Source of the DNA: Candidatus Latescibacterota bacterium
Lineage (GTDB): Bacteria; Latescibacterota; UBA2968; UBA8231
Length of the DNA stretch: 64,000 nucleotides
Reading direction: 5' to 3'
Assembly: GCA_965197905.1 (NCBI GenBank)
Contig: CBDAOB010000003.1
Coordinates: forward strand, 960,001 to 1,024,000
Numbering within the stretch: the first letter of the stretch is position 1; each line of letters opens with the position of its first letter. The notes below the pieces were generated by a model. It saw only the letters and a list, made by a program, of their open reading frames with translations, ran no database searches and was not told the DNA's origin. Of this stretch, positions 1 to 9,100 are shown one piece after another. The position numbers and the translations under genes were made by a program.

Positions 1-1471
1 AGATGCGCAGGTGATGGGTGATGGCGGGCCAGGCAGGGATGTTGATCGAACCAAAGAAGGCGAAATTGGTGAGCACCTTGAACGGAACCAGATGTTGCGG
101 CGAAATGTAGATCGAACCCACCAGCTCCAGGAAAAACGATTCTCCCTTCACATAAGGCCGGTTCGGGTAGAGGTACGCTACACCACTGGCTGCCACCAGT
201 TTCACCGTGACCAGGTAGGACAGCGCCATGAATCCGATCACGCCCAGCGCCATCGGCAGGCTCACTCCCAGCCGCAGCGCCCAGACCAGCACATAAAGCG
301 CCGACACGATCATGCCGGCCATCGCCATGCGATAACGTCCGACGGTGCTGGCGTCTCCCTTGCCGGTGCGTACCTGGCCCCACACCTCCTTGAGATGGCG
401 GCGTGCCACCCACAGCGACCACAGAAAGAAGAAGACCATGGCGCCGTGGCTTTCGGTGTGCAGGATCATCTGGCCTTCACCGAAGCGGTTGTTGGCGTTG
501 ACGCCGGTGAACCCCAGGCTGGGAGTGCCGAAACGGCGCATCGTGATTGACTTCGCCTGGTTTATGACGTGGAAGAGCAGCATGCTGCCGAGGATGTCCA
601 CGGGGCAGAGATAGATCACCATCAGCATCAACGGCGTAACACGAATGAAGCTGGTTATGCGAGCGTCATCAAACTGGAAGATGTAGTAGGTCCAGAACAG
701 GTCGAAGGAGGGCAGGCCGGGACTGAAATAGGTGAAGATGTTGTAGAGCTGGGGGAGAAAAAGGACGCCGAATCCGATCCAGAAGAGACGTTTGTAGAAG
801 ATGTCGGGGAACCGCCGCTTGCCGTCGAAACCATCGGTAAGGTCCACTGGCAGCTGAGCGAGTGGATAGGTGAGCTTTTCGTTGCTTTCCCACTGGTGCT
901 GAAATATCACCAGCAGGCAGTAGCCGAAAACGACCACCGCCAGGGATACTCCCAGCCAGTCGATGAGCGGTCCGATCCAACCATCCCACGGCACCGCCAT
1001 GCCCTGGGGCAGGCCGTACCAGAAATTGTCGGTAATCCGCTGGGTTGCCGGCGGGAAAGCGTGCCAGGGCACGAAGTTGAAGAAGATCTCCGCCCAACTG
1101 TTCTCGGCGGTGGCAAAATGGGTAGCGCCAGCTAGCGTAGCTACCCATGAGCTCATCCATCCAGGGATCACCGCTACCACCCAGGTCATGACGAAGACGG
1201 TAAGGAGCTCGCCCTGTCTCAACGCCAGTTTCGGAACGGTCAGCTTCAGCACCACGTTGGCGAAGATCCAAAAAACGAACGGCAGGAATGCGGTCAGGGG
1301 GTACTGGGCGACCGCACCGCGCCCGCCCGATTTTGGGGCGACGAGGGTGAAATAATAGAAGGTCGCCGCGATGGTCAGCGCGCCCAGGAGCAGTGCCCGT
1401 GGGGTGATCAACGGCGTTCGATCGCTGAGCGTGTTTTCTTCTACGGGCGAGATTGAGCTAACTTCGGACAT
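1..1471 (-). CDS. DUF6785-like polytopic membrane protein, 3' end runs off window
   Basis: Not in ORF track. Manual translation from ATG 1471: MSEVSSISPVEENTLSDRTPLITPRALLLGALTIAATFYYF...LRQGELLTVFVMTWVVAVIPGW...FATAENSWAEIFFNFVPW; very hydrophobic. Confidence 0.7.
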   Translation of the reverse strand, partial: MSEVSSISPVEENTLSDRTPLITPRALLLGALTIAATFYYFTLVAPKSGGRGAVAQYPLTAFLPFVFWIFANVVLKLTVPKLALRQGELLTVFVMTWVVAVIPGWMSSWVATLAGATHFATAENSWAEIFFNFVPWHAFPPATQRITDNFWYGLPQGMAVPWDGWIGPLIDWLGVSLAVVVFGYCLLVIFQHQWESNEKLTYPLAQLPVDLTDGFDGKRRFPDIFYKRLFWIGFGVLFLPQLYNIFTYFSPGLPSFDLFWTYYIFQFDDARITSFIRVTPLMLMVIYLCPVDILGSMLLFHVINQAKSITMRRFGTPSLGFTGVNANNRFGEGQMILHTESHGAMVFFFLWSLWVARRHLKEVWGQVRTGKGDASTVGRYRMAMAGMIVSALYVLVWALRLGVSLPMALGVIGFMALSYLVTVKLVAASGVAYLYPNRPYVKGESFFLELVGSIYISPQHLVPFKVLTNFAFFGSINIPAWPAITHHLRI

Positions 1472-1514
1472 CGGGTCGTCAGATCATGGGGGTTTTGGTG
1501 CCGTATAGACGCCG

Positions 1515-3248
1515 TTATTGACACGACACTGAATAGAGCTGTGCCTTGCCCGTCAGCTTGATCCGCAGGCGGATCGGGTGTCCGCCGGCGATCTCTCCTA
1601 ATCGGCGTCCGCGCCAGGTAACCGTAGCGCGGATCTGGTCGCCACCAAAACCATCGAAGCTGCCGACGTCGCCGCCTTCCAATATTTTCAGGCTCTCCCC
1701 ATCCAACACCTCCACCTCCAGGCCGCCACCACCGGCGTCGGCATTGACGACCAGTTGAAGTCCTTCCACCATCAGCGGAGGTGTGGTAAACTCCCCACTC
1801 GTCGTTTCCGCTTCTAAGGAGACGAACCCGTCGAGGCGGAGCTTTGCCAGACATAGCGCCGAGCTGGCTTTGAAGTACGGCTTGTATTCCTCCGGGAACA
1901 CCTCCTCGCAGCCGCGGAACCGGGAGGCCATGTGGTAGATCCAGATCTCGTCGTCGCGCACGATAGGAGCACTGCAGACGGCGACCTGGTTCGTGCCCCA
2001 ATTCTTGCCATCCCACGGTTCGATCTCCAGAAAGAGCTCTCGATCGCACAGCCGCCGCCAGTTTTTCAGATTGCGGCTAGCCGCCAGCTCCACCTGGTTC
2101 AAGCCGGTGTAGTTCATATGGGGTGGCGGAATAGCGCCGGCAGGATTGAACATTAGCACAAACCCGATGTACTGGCCTTCGTACGGAAACACTGCCATGT
2201 GATAGGTCTCGGCGATGTAGTCGATCTCATCCACCAAAGGCGAGCTGAGCAAGTTGGGATCCTCCAGTGCGCGCCGGATGCGCGGCAGGCGATTGTCCCA
2301 GTCGATCTGGTCAGCGTGCAGCACGCATCCATGGTCTTCCCAGGTTTCGAAATCCTCGCTTGTGAGCAGCCAGACCGAGCGGCCCCATACGGTGCTCCGT
2401 TTCATGGTGGAGACGAACTGCTCGCCGTACGGATCGTAGCAGAAGTGGGATTCGTCGCTGCTTTTGATCTCTTCGATCCCGTGGGTGGGATCCTCCAGTG
2501 CGCGCCGGATGCGCGGCAGGCGATTGTCCCAGTCGATCTGGTCAGCGTGCAGCACGCATCCATGGTCTTCCCAGGTTTCGAAATCCTCGCTTGTGAGCAG
2601 CCAGACCGAGCGGCCCCATACGGTGCTCCGTTTCATGGTGGAGACGAACTGCTCGCCGTACGGATCGTAGCAGAAGTGGGATTCGTCGCTGCTTTTGATC
2701 TCTTCGATCCCGTGGGTGTCCCACTGGATGCCGTCGGCTGACATAGCCGGCTGACGATTCTCATTCTTTAACAGCGCTTTATAGCGGCGCTGGGGATCCG
2801 GGTCGCGTTCGTCGCGGACCATGTGATACAGCGCCCGTCCGGGAAGCTTGGGATCCATGATGATGTTGTTCTGTTTGCTTCCCTGCCATTCGTACAACCC
2901 AAGATTGGGGTGCTCCCAATTCACGCCATCATCTGATACGGCATAGTGGGTGAGGGAGATGGAGGTGGAGGCGTACTTGCCGTACGGTTCGCAGCTCCAG
3001 CTGCCCCAGTACCACCATTCCCAGAGCTTCTTGTCCGAGTTCCATTGGGGGGCGCTGCGGCTCTGCAACGCCACCTGACCTGCCCCGGAGTCTGGAATCA
3101 TCACCGGCCCGCTGCGCTCGGGTTGGTGCAGGCGCCGCCTCAGTCCACGGCTCTCGGCGATCAGGCAGTCGTCCAGAAATAGCTGGCGGCGCGTGTTTAA
3201 CGGTATCGCATCCGCCTTGGTGGTGAAGATGGAACGGTCGAGGGCCAT
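1515..3248 (-). CDS. Glycoside-hydrolase-like beta-propeller protein with exact internal 77-aa duplication
   Basis: RQLFLDD N-terminus, Asp-box-like repeats (SDDGVNW, SADGIQW, SEDFETW), C-terminal LRLDGFVSL; paralogue at 61920-63370. Confidence 0.75.
   Translation of the reverse strand: MALDRSIFTTKADAIPLNTRRQLFLDDCLIAESRGLRRRLHQPERSGPVMIPDSGAGQVALQSRSAPQWNSDKKLWEWWYWGSWSCEPYGKYASTSISLTHYAVSDDGVNWEHPNLGLYEWQGSKQNNIIMDPKLPGRALYHMVRDERDPDPQRRYKALLKNENRQPAMSADGIQWDTHGIEEIKSSDESHFCYDPYGEQFVSTMKRSTVWGRSVWLLTSEDFETWEDHGCVLHADQIDWDNRLPRIRRALEDPTHGIEEIKSSDESHFCYDPYGEQFVSTMKRSTVWGRSVWLLTSEDFETWEDHGCVLHADQIDWDNRLPRIRRALEDPNLLSSPLVDEIDYIAETYHMAVFPYEGQYIGFVLMFNPAGAIPPPHMNYTGLNQVELAASRNLKNWRRLCDRELFLEIEPWDGKNWGTNQVAVCSAPIVRDDEIWIYHMASRFRGCEEVFPEEYKPYFKASSALCLAKLRLDGFVSLEAETTSGEFTTPPLMVEGLQLVVNADAGGGGLEVEVLDGESLKILEGGDVGSFDGFGGDQIRATVTWRGRRLGEIAGGHPIRLRIKLTGKAQLYSVSCQ
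2255..2718. repeat. Exact tandem duplication, 2 x 231 bp
   Basis: Copies start at 2255 and 2486 (tgggatcctccagtgc...); THGIEEIKSS...RRALEDP occurs twice in the protein. Confidence 0.95.
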
Positions 3249-3260
3249 TGAGGAAGCCTT

Positions 3261-4265
3261 TCAGTTGGTGCGAACCGCATCCAGCAGCGCCTTGATATAA
3301 CCCATGGCGAACGCGCGGGAACGGTGCTGGTGGGGGTCGTCTTGAGAGATATGCGGCACGTGGTCGTCGATGAACGGGACGTCGACGCCGGCTTCGTTGT
3401 AGAGCCGCATCGCTTTCGCCATGTCTACGTACCCTTCGTCGATAAAGGTCTCGACGAAGTCGGGAACGGGTGCAGATACATTGCGGAAGTGCACATAGAG
3501 AATCTTTCCCTGCCGACCGAAGTATGAGATGGCTTCGTAGATATCCTCGTCCATCTCCGGGATGGTGCCCTGGCAGAAGTCGAGACCGTGATGAGCGCTG
3601 GGAACCAGCTCGAGAATTCGGCGGAGACCGGCCTGGCTACTGGCCAAACGGGGCAGACCGTAAAGGGATGGCACCGGCGGATCGTCCGGGTGGAGCGCCA
3701 TTTTGACGCCCTCCGCTTCGGCAACCGGCAGGACCGCCTTCAGGAACTCCTCCACGTTCTCAAGCATCTGTGCCTCGCTCAATGCCTCCCTGGTTTCAGG
3801 CCAGGTGGCGCGGGCGTCGTCGGTGGCATCCTCCAGTCGATCCTCCGTGTATTCGGTAGAGCTGGCGCCGCCGCGGATCGCCGCCGCCATGTCGGTGCGC
3901 GTGCTGTAACGGCCAGAGGAACCTTCCATCAGGCAGAAACCCAGTACCGGAATGCCAGCTCGACCCATGCTCCGCAGCGTATCCTTCCAGTGCTCGATCT
4001 GATTTTGCTGCTGTGGACCGCCGTAGAAGATGTCGCCGTACCATGAGAAAGGGAGATTCTCGATGGCGTGCAGTTTCATGCCGGCTGCCTCGATGCGCTC
4101 GCGCATGGAACTCAGCTCGTTCTCCTCCAAGAAGAGAGGTCCATCTCCGGAGCGCAGACTTATCACGGCGCCGCCACCGCTGATCACATCGGTGCAGGCC
4201 AGCTGACGGCCAAAGGTGAGCAGCTCATCCGAAAGATCCTTGCGGCAATCAAGTCCCAGTCTCAT
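3261..4265 (-). CDS. uxuA: Mannonate dehydratase family protein
   Basis: ALHPDDPP, GLDFCQG, YVHFRNV, ETFIDEG, DDHVP and AFAMGYIKAL motifs. Confidence 0.85.
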   Translation of the reverse strand: MRLGLDCRKDLSDELLTFGRQLACTDVISGGGAVISLRSGDGPLFLEENELSSMRERIEAAGMKLHAIENLPFSWYGDIFYGGPQQQNQIEHWKDTLRSMGRAGIPVLGFCLMEGSSGRYSTRTDMAAAIRGGASSTEYTEDRLEDATDDARATWPETREALSEAQMLENVEEFLKAVLPVAEAEGVKMALHPDDPPVPSLYGLPRLASSQAGLRRILELVPSAHHGLDFCQGTIPEMDEDIYEAISYFGRQGKILYVHFRNVSAPVPDFVETFIDEGYVDMAKAMRLYNEAGVDVPFIDDHVPHISQDDPHQHRSRAFAMGYIKALLDAVRTN

Positions 4266-4737
4266 GACTCCCTTTCCGCTTCAAAACGATAAAACGGCCA
4301 TTGAAGATGGCCGCCTCTTCCGCGTCCGAAGATATCCTCGCTTCCAAATCCAGCTCGGCTCGCTCATCCCGAGACACGGCTTCCAGAAATGCGTCACGGG
4401 ATCGGTTGTCCTTCACGGTAGAGGTGGCGGTGAATTCGTGACGGACGGGTTTCAGGTATTTGATCTCGCCACGACCTATCAGCAGTGTGGCGTCGGGGTG
4501 GGTCCGATCGAGCCAGCCGTGCGCGAGACCCCAGCCGGCGAGGGCTCCCAATGAGTAGAGACTACCGGCAAAGCCAGTTTGGTGAACGTTGCGATTGGGC
4601 GTAATTGGGGCCCGCAGCACCACCTCATCCGCGGTGTAGGAGTCGACGATCACCTTCATGGCGACGGCCATGGGAAAATGTGTATGCAGGAGCTGCTGGA
4701 AGGAATCAGCCGCTGCTTTTGCCTCTTGACCAGTCAT
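4249..4737 (-). CDS. YiiD C-terminal-like hotdog-fold thioesterase
   Basis: APITPNRNVHQTGFAGSLYSLGALAGWGL, IKYLKPV. Confidence 0.8.
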   Translation of the reverse strand: MTGQEAKAAADSFQQLLHTHFPMAVAMKVIVDSYTADEVVLRAPITPNRNVHQTGFAGSLYSLGALAGWGLAHGWLDRTHPDATLLIGRGEIKYLKPVRHEFTATSTVKDNRSRDAFLEAVSRDERAELDLEARISSDAEEAAIFNGRFIVLKRKGSHETGT

Positions 4738-4869
4738 GAGCGGCGAGTAACGTACGAATTTTCGCGTGTCTCGTCGTCACAAAGAAGATTCCGTGCGAAT
4801 CGAGAATAGATAGGTTGCCGCGTAACGTATTGCTATCTTGATGTTCCAAATCCAACGCGGAAGGTAATC

Positions 4870-5586
4870 ATGAATGACGCAGCTTTCTCTAAGAGCGAAG
4901 CTTTTCGCTTTGGCTGGGAGACCGCCAAAGGCAACATTGGCTTTTTCATCTGGGTAATCTTAGCTGGCTACGTATTACCGACAGCAATCAACGTCGCTGC
5001 CAGTGGTCTATTCGAACGTCATCCCTTCTTTGGTGCGGTCCTCTGGCTCGCAAGCACCTTGCTGAGCTGTATCTTGATAGTGGGCATACTTAGAATCGGC
5101 TTGAAATTTACCGATGGCGAACAGCCGGTCTTCGGCGATCTATTCTCCTGCTTTCCGTTAATCTTCAAATGGATACTCGCATACATCGTTTTCAGCTTGA
5201 TCGTAATCGTAGGGCTTATTCTGCTTGTCGTTCCCGGTGTCATCTGGACGATCAAATACGGGTTTTTCAGTTTCTTCATAATCGATCGCGAGGATATAGG
5301 ACCTATCGAAGCCCTCAAAGAGAGCGCCCGGATTACTCAGGAGTCCAAGGGTAATCTTTTCCTTTTCGGACTAATCGCCTACGGCGTAATAGTTCTCGGT
5401 GTAATTTGTCTGTTCATCGGTTTATTCTGGGCTGTTCCCACCGTGTTCGTGGCACTCACCTTCGTGTATCGCAAGTTGATGGCACATGCCGATGGCTCGG
5501 AGCCGGTTGCACCGCCGAGCGACCCCAGGCCTGGCGCGCAAGGTGATTCCTCTTTGCCACCAGGTTCGGAGGGTTCCTCCTCATGA
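4870..5586 (+). CDS. Integral membrane protein (DUF975-like)
   Basis: Several TM segments, GLILLVVPGVIW, IEALKESARIT. Confidence 0.75.
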   Translation: MNDAAFSKSEAFRFGWETAKGNIGFFIWVILAGYVLPTAINVAASGLFERHPFFGAVLWLASTLLSCILIVGILRIGLKFTDGEQPVFGDLFSCFPLIFKWILAYIVFSLIVIVGLILLVVPGVIWTIKYGFFSFFIIDREDIGPIEALKESARITQESKGNLFLFGLIAYGVIVLGVICLFIGLFWAVPTVFVALTFVYRKLMAHADGSEPVAPPSDPRPGAQGDSSLPPGSEGSSS

Positions 5587-5697
5587 GCTCGATAGGCAAA
5601 ATCCACGCTCCCAAACCGAACAGTAGGATCGGAAACGGGACGTGCCGACTGTTCGATATCTGCGGTCAATCCCCAGGTGTCCGTGCTGGAGCTTGCT

Positions 5698-6468
5698 ATG
5701 AACATCTCAGAATTCTCGGTGGAAGCGACCGGCCGCGAAGTGATCTTTCGTATGGGTTCACCGGACGAGGAGGCCACAGTGCGGGAGCCGGGTCTCGTGA
5801 TGTTCCTGGCTGGCACGCGCGACGACGCCTTCGCAGATCCTGAAGGCAACGGCATGGCGGCGCATATGTTCGTTGCCGCCGGCCATTTCGCCGCAAGCAT
5901 CGACCTGCCTGGCTTCGGCGATGAAGTAGATGACTACGGAAGCGGTATCCGCGCGATGTGTGCCGCCTTCATTGGTGGCGATGATCCATTTTCACGAGTG
6001 GTCTCTCAGGTGCAGGCGGTGATCGGCGTATGCCGTCAACGATTTCTAGGAGACGCGGGAAGAATCGTTACTCTGGGCATTTCCCGTGGGGCGTATTACG
6101 CGCTGAGGTTGACCGCTGAAGACCACAGCATTGCCGGCGTTGCCGGCATCGCGCCGGTTACCGACTGGAGGATCCTGCAGGAATTCGCCGAGGTGAGCCA
6201 ACAGACCGACGTGGCTGCTCTGGCGCTGACGAATTGGGCGGCAACTCTGGCGGGTCGGGCGGTCTACCTGGCCATCGGCAATCACGATCACCGGGTCGGA
6301 ACGCACACCTGCGTGAACCTGGCCCATGCGATACTCGCATCCGAGGATCCCGAGGCGGAGGGCGAGTCGAAGCTGAACCTTCACGTAGTGGATTCGCCGG
6401 GGCATGCTCTGGAGAAAAGCTGGCGCGAGAAAGGGGTGCGATTTCTGCTCGGAGCGGTCAGTGCCTGA
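5698..6468 (+). CDS. Alpha/beta-hydrolase fold protein
   Basis: IDLPGFG, nucleophile elbow GISRG, Asp in GNHD, His in PGH; GGAG upstream of ATG 5698. Confidence 0.7.
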   Translation: MNISEFSVEATGREVIFRMGSPDEEATVREPGLVMFLAGTRDDAFADPEGNGMAAHMFVAAGHFAASIDLPGFGDEVDDYGSGIRAMCAAFIGGDDPFSRVVSQVQAVIGVCRQRFLGDAGRIVTLGISRGAYYALRLTAEDHSIAGVAGIAPVTDWRILQEFAEVSQQTDVAALALTNWAATLAGRAVYLAIGNHDHRVGTHTCVNLAHAILASEDPEAEGESKLNLHVVDSPGHALEKSWREKGVRFLLGAVSA

Positions 6469-6690
6469 TCGAATCGTTTTCTGAATATATGGATGGCGTG
6501 GGAGGCTTATGTGGTTGTCATTCGCATGTTTTGCAGATAGTACCAATCAAGAGCGTCTCGAAGCGAGAAAGGCAAACGAGGTGAACAGTGGGGAGACAGG
6601 AAGTCCGCCTATAGCTGCCAATGCGTATGACTTTGCCACGAGAGCGTGTATCCGTAGCTTCTCTCAACTCATAACCCAGGAGGATTCTTT

Positions 6691-7209
6691 ATGATTTTCA
6701 AACTCAAACCGCTGTTGCTTCTTGCCGTAGCCTTGATTCTCGGAACTACCGCGCGCGCCGATGCAGGACCCTTTCAGCTAGCGCTATTCGATCCAATCCA
6801 GGTAGTCTCTTCTGACGAATCCGTGAGCGGGTTGAGAATCGGATTGATCTACACCGTGAACGAAAATGTCAGCGGTTTGGATTGGGGTTTGGTGACCAAG
6901 ACCACCGGAGACCAGGTCGGCATTCAAATTGGGGCCATCCATCTGGTTGATGGGAACTTCAACGGACTTCAGGAAGGTCTGTACAATCGGGTGAGTGGAG
7001 ATTTCGTGGGGTGGCAGAACGGGTTCATAAATATCACCCATGGCAGCGCCTCCGGACTCCACAACCGGTCTGGAGCGTTCCACGGTCTCCAATTCGGTGC
7101 CTGGCACTCGGCTGAAAGTCTCGACGGCGGCCTGCAGATTGGCATCCTCAACTTCAACAAAAGCGGAGAGCCGATCGGGTTCCTACCTATCATCAATTTT
7201 GGCTTCTAG
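6691..7209 (+). CDS. Secreted LA_2272-like surface repeat protein
   Basis: Signal peptide, G-x-Q-x-G repeats, C-terminal FLPIINFGF. Confidence 0.7.
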   Translation: MIFKLKPLLLLAVALILGTTARADAGPFQLALFDPIQVVSSDESVSGLRIGLIYTVNENVSGLDWGLVTKTTGDQVGIQIGAIHLVDGNFNGLQEGLYNRVSGDFVGWQNGFINITHGSASGLHNRSGAFHGLQFGAWHSAESLDGGLQIGILNFNKSGEPIGFLPIINFGF

Positions 7210-7211
7210 GC

Positions 7212-7326
7212 TTCTAAAGGAATTCGCAGCTCAGCGCCTGGAACGCGCAACCTGCAGCGCTGAAAATCGAGCGCTGCTGAGAATTTAGCAGTCTCGCGCT
7301 ACCGGATCAGCAGCGAAGCGTTGGAG
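7212..7326 (+). mobile_element. Degenerate attC-like imperfect inverted repeat
   Basis: TTCTAAA...TTCGCAGCTCAGCG...CAGCAGCGAAGC-GTTGGAG, nested pairing, begins 2 bp after a stop codon. Confidence 0.45.
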
Positions 7327-7437
7327 GCGTTTGCGCCTCCAACCGCGACCGGACTGGCAAGGGTGCTGGTTCGGTCGCATTTTTTTTGTCTTGTACACAG
7401 GGGCATGGACCATGCCGGACTAAACTCGCTCTTTGCT

Positions 7438-8382
7438 ATGCGATTCGACCCCCTCCAGGCGATACACTACCACCAGAAGGATCCCGGAGTCAACTGGTCC
7501 AAAGACGCGCTTATCGCCATCGATCTGGACCGTGGGCTCGATTCCACCAAGATCCTCACCCCCAATGTCGTCCACGTGGAGGGCGGTTACCGGATGTACT
7601 ACACCGGGAACGGCCCGGCGCGGGCAGGCACCAACGGATACATCCTCAGCGCCTATTCCCCCGACGCGGAGACCTGGACCAAGGACGAGGGCATCAGAGT
7701 CGACGTTTGCGAGCCTCACGGCTCATTGCGGACCCTGTGTCCCGATGTGATTCCCCTCGCCCACGGCGGCTACTGCATGTATTTCGAAGCACGCACGGCG
7801 GACCGCCCAACAGTTATCCTGAGCGCCCTGTCAGCTGACGGACTCCAGTGGGAGGTTGAGCCGGGTGTGCGCTTCGGGGACGACCAGTGGTCCTATGGCA
7901 GTCCGCGGTGTATCTATATCAACGCTTCTGCCTATCGCCTCTACTTCCACCGCTACACTTATCCCCTTAAATCGGGCCTCGCCGCCGGCAACCTGATCAT
8001 CAGCGCCGTGTCGACCGACGGCCTCGACTTCGAAGAAGAACCCGGTACTCGTATCGCCCAGGAGACCGACCGCGAAACCTATTCGGTGTACGCGCCTGAG
8101 GTCCTGCGTCTGGGCGATTTTTCCTATCGTATGTACTACGCCGCGTGGACGGAGAATATCGCCGGCGGAGTCTTTGCGGCCACTTCAAACGACGGCCTGA
8201 TATGGCTAAAGGAAACGCAAGTTTGCGTCGATCTCGATAGTCCCCTGGATTGCAACATGGTTTCCGAGCCCTGTGTCATCGAGCTTGCCGACGGGCGCTC
8301 GCGAATGTTCTACGAGGCCAGTGACGCCGAGGGGAGGTGCCGGATTCTTTCCGCCACTTCGGTCTCGAGCGACCCGGGTTAG
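7438..8382 (+). CDS. Five-bladed beta-propeller glycoside-hydrolase-like protein
   Basis: Repeated P-x-V...YRMYY...S-x-DG-x-x-W...G blades. Confidence 0.7.
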   Translation: MRFDPLQAIHYHQKDPGVNWSKDALIAIDLDRGLDSTKILTPNVVHVEGGYRMYYTGNGPARAGTNGYILSAYSPDAETWTKDEGIRVDVCEPHGSLRTLCPDVIPLAHGGYCMYFEARTADRPTVILSALSADGLQWEVEPGVRFGDDQWSYGSPRCIYINASAYRLYFHRYTYPLKSGLAAGNLIISAVSTDGLDFEEEPGTRIAQETDRETYSVYAPEVLRLGDFSYRMYYAAWTENIAGGVFAATSNDGLIWLKETQVCVDLDSPLDCNMVSEPCVIELADGRSRMFYEASDAEGRCRILSATSVSSDPG

Positions 8383-8515
8383 TTCGGGTACAGCTCGTAT
8401 GGAGAAAGATCGCGAAATTTGATATGATACACGCTGACGATTCGCGAGCCTCACTGCTGCTGGCGGTGGGAAACACAGCTCGAAGCGCCCCTTTGTATCT
8501 TCTTCCCTGATTTGG

Positions 8516-9049
8516 ATGGAGATGGCCCGAATACTTCAAATCGCGCTGCTGGGGCACCCGGTGCTCAGGGAGCGCGCAACAGCAGTCGACGACATTCTCT
8601 CTGTGGAGGTCCAGGATCTCGTTGATGACTTGATTGCGACCGTCGTCGACGCGGAAGCCGCGGGTATCGCGGCGCCGCAGGTGTATCTCAGCAAACGCGT
8701 GTTCATCGTCTCCTCGACGCCCAGCGAGCGATTTCCAAGCCGGCCCAAGATGGTCCCGACTCCGGTGATCAACCCGGAGATAACCTGGATGTCGGATGAG
8801 AAGGCTATCTTCTGGGAAGGTTGCCTGAGTGTCCCCGGAGTCCGGTGTCTGGTGCCACGCGCAACCTCCATCCGCATCGCCTACACCACTCGTGCAGGTG
8901 AACAGGTGGAGCGTGAATATTCGGACTACGTCGCCAGAGTCTTCCAGCACGAGTACGATCACCTCGAAGGAACCATCTTCTTCGACCGCATCGAGAACAA
9001 CCGCGACATTATTATGGAGAAGGAGTTTCTCAAGCTACCGCTGAGTTGA
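8516..9049 (+). CDS. def: Peptide deformylase
   Basis: GIAAPQV, EGCLSVP and QHEYDHLEG motifs. Confidence 0.95.
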   Translation: MEMARILQIALLGHPVLRERATAVDDILSVEVQDLVDDLIATVVDAEAAGIAAPQVYLSKRVFIVSSTPSERFPSRPKMVPTPVINPEITWMSDEKAIFWEGCLSVPGVRCLVPRATSIRIAYTTRAGEQVEREYSDYVARVFQHEYDHLEGTIFFDRIENNRDIIMEKEFLKLPLS

Positions 9050-9100
9050 GACAGTTTCCCGAGCCCCACGACTCCCAGTTGATATTCTGGATGAACAAAC

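Noticed and set aside
11..1355. Several plus-strand ORFs
   Set aside because: Shadows of the minus-strand membrane gene starting at 1471.
2255..2718. CRISPR or DGR template/variable repeat interpretation of the duplication
   Set aside because: No spacers, no adenine-specific mismatches, and no reverse transcriptase or cas genes.
5609..5658. accgaac...gttcgat inverted repeat after the membrane gene
   Set aside because: Shorter than known attC sites and without clear L boxes; likely a simple hairpin.
6560..6620. ggcaaac motif suggesting a c-di-GMP-I riboswitch
   Set aside because: GNRA tetraloop stem and GCAAAG elements are absent.
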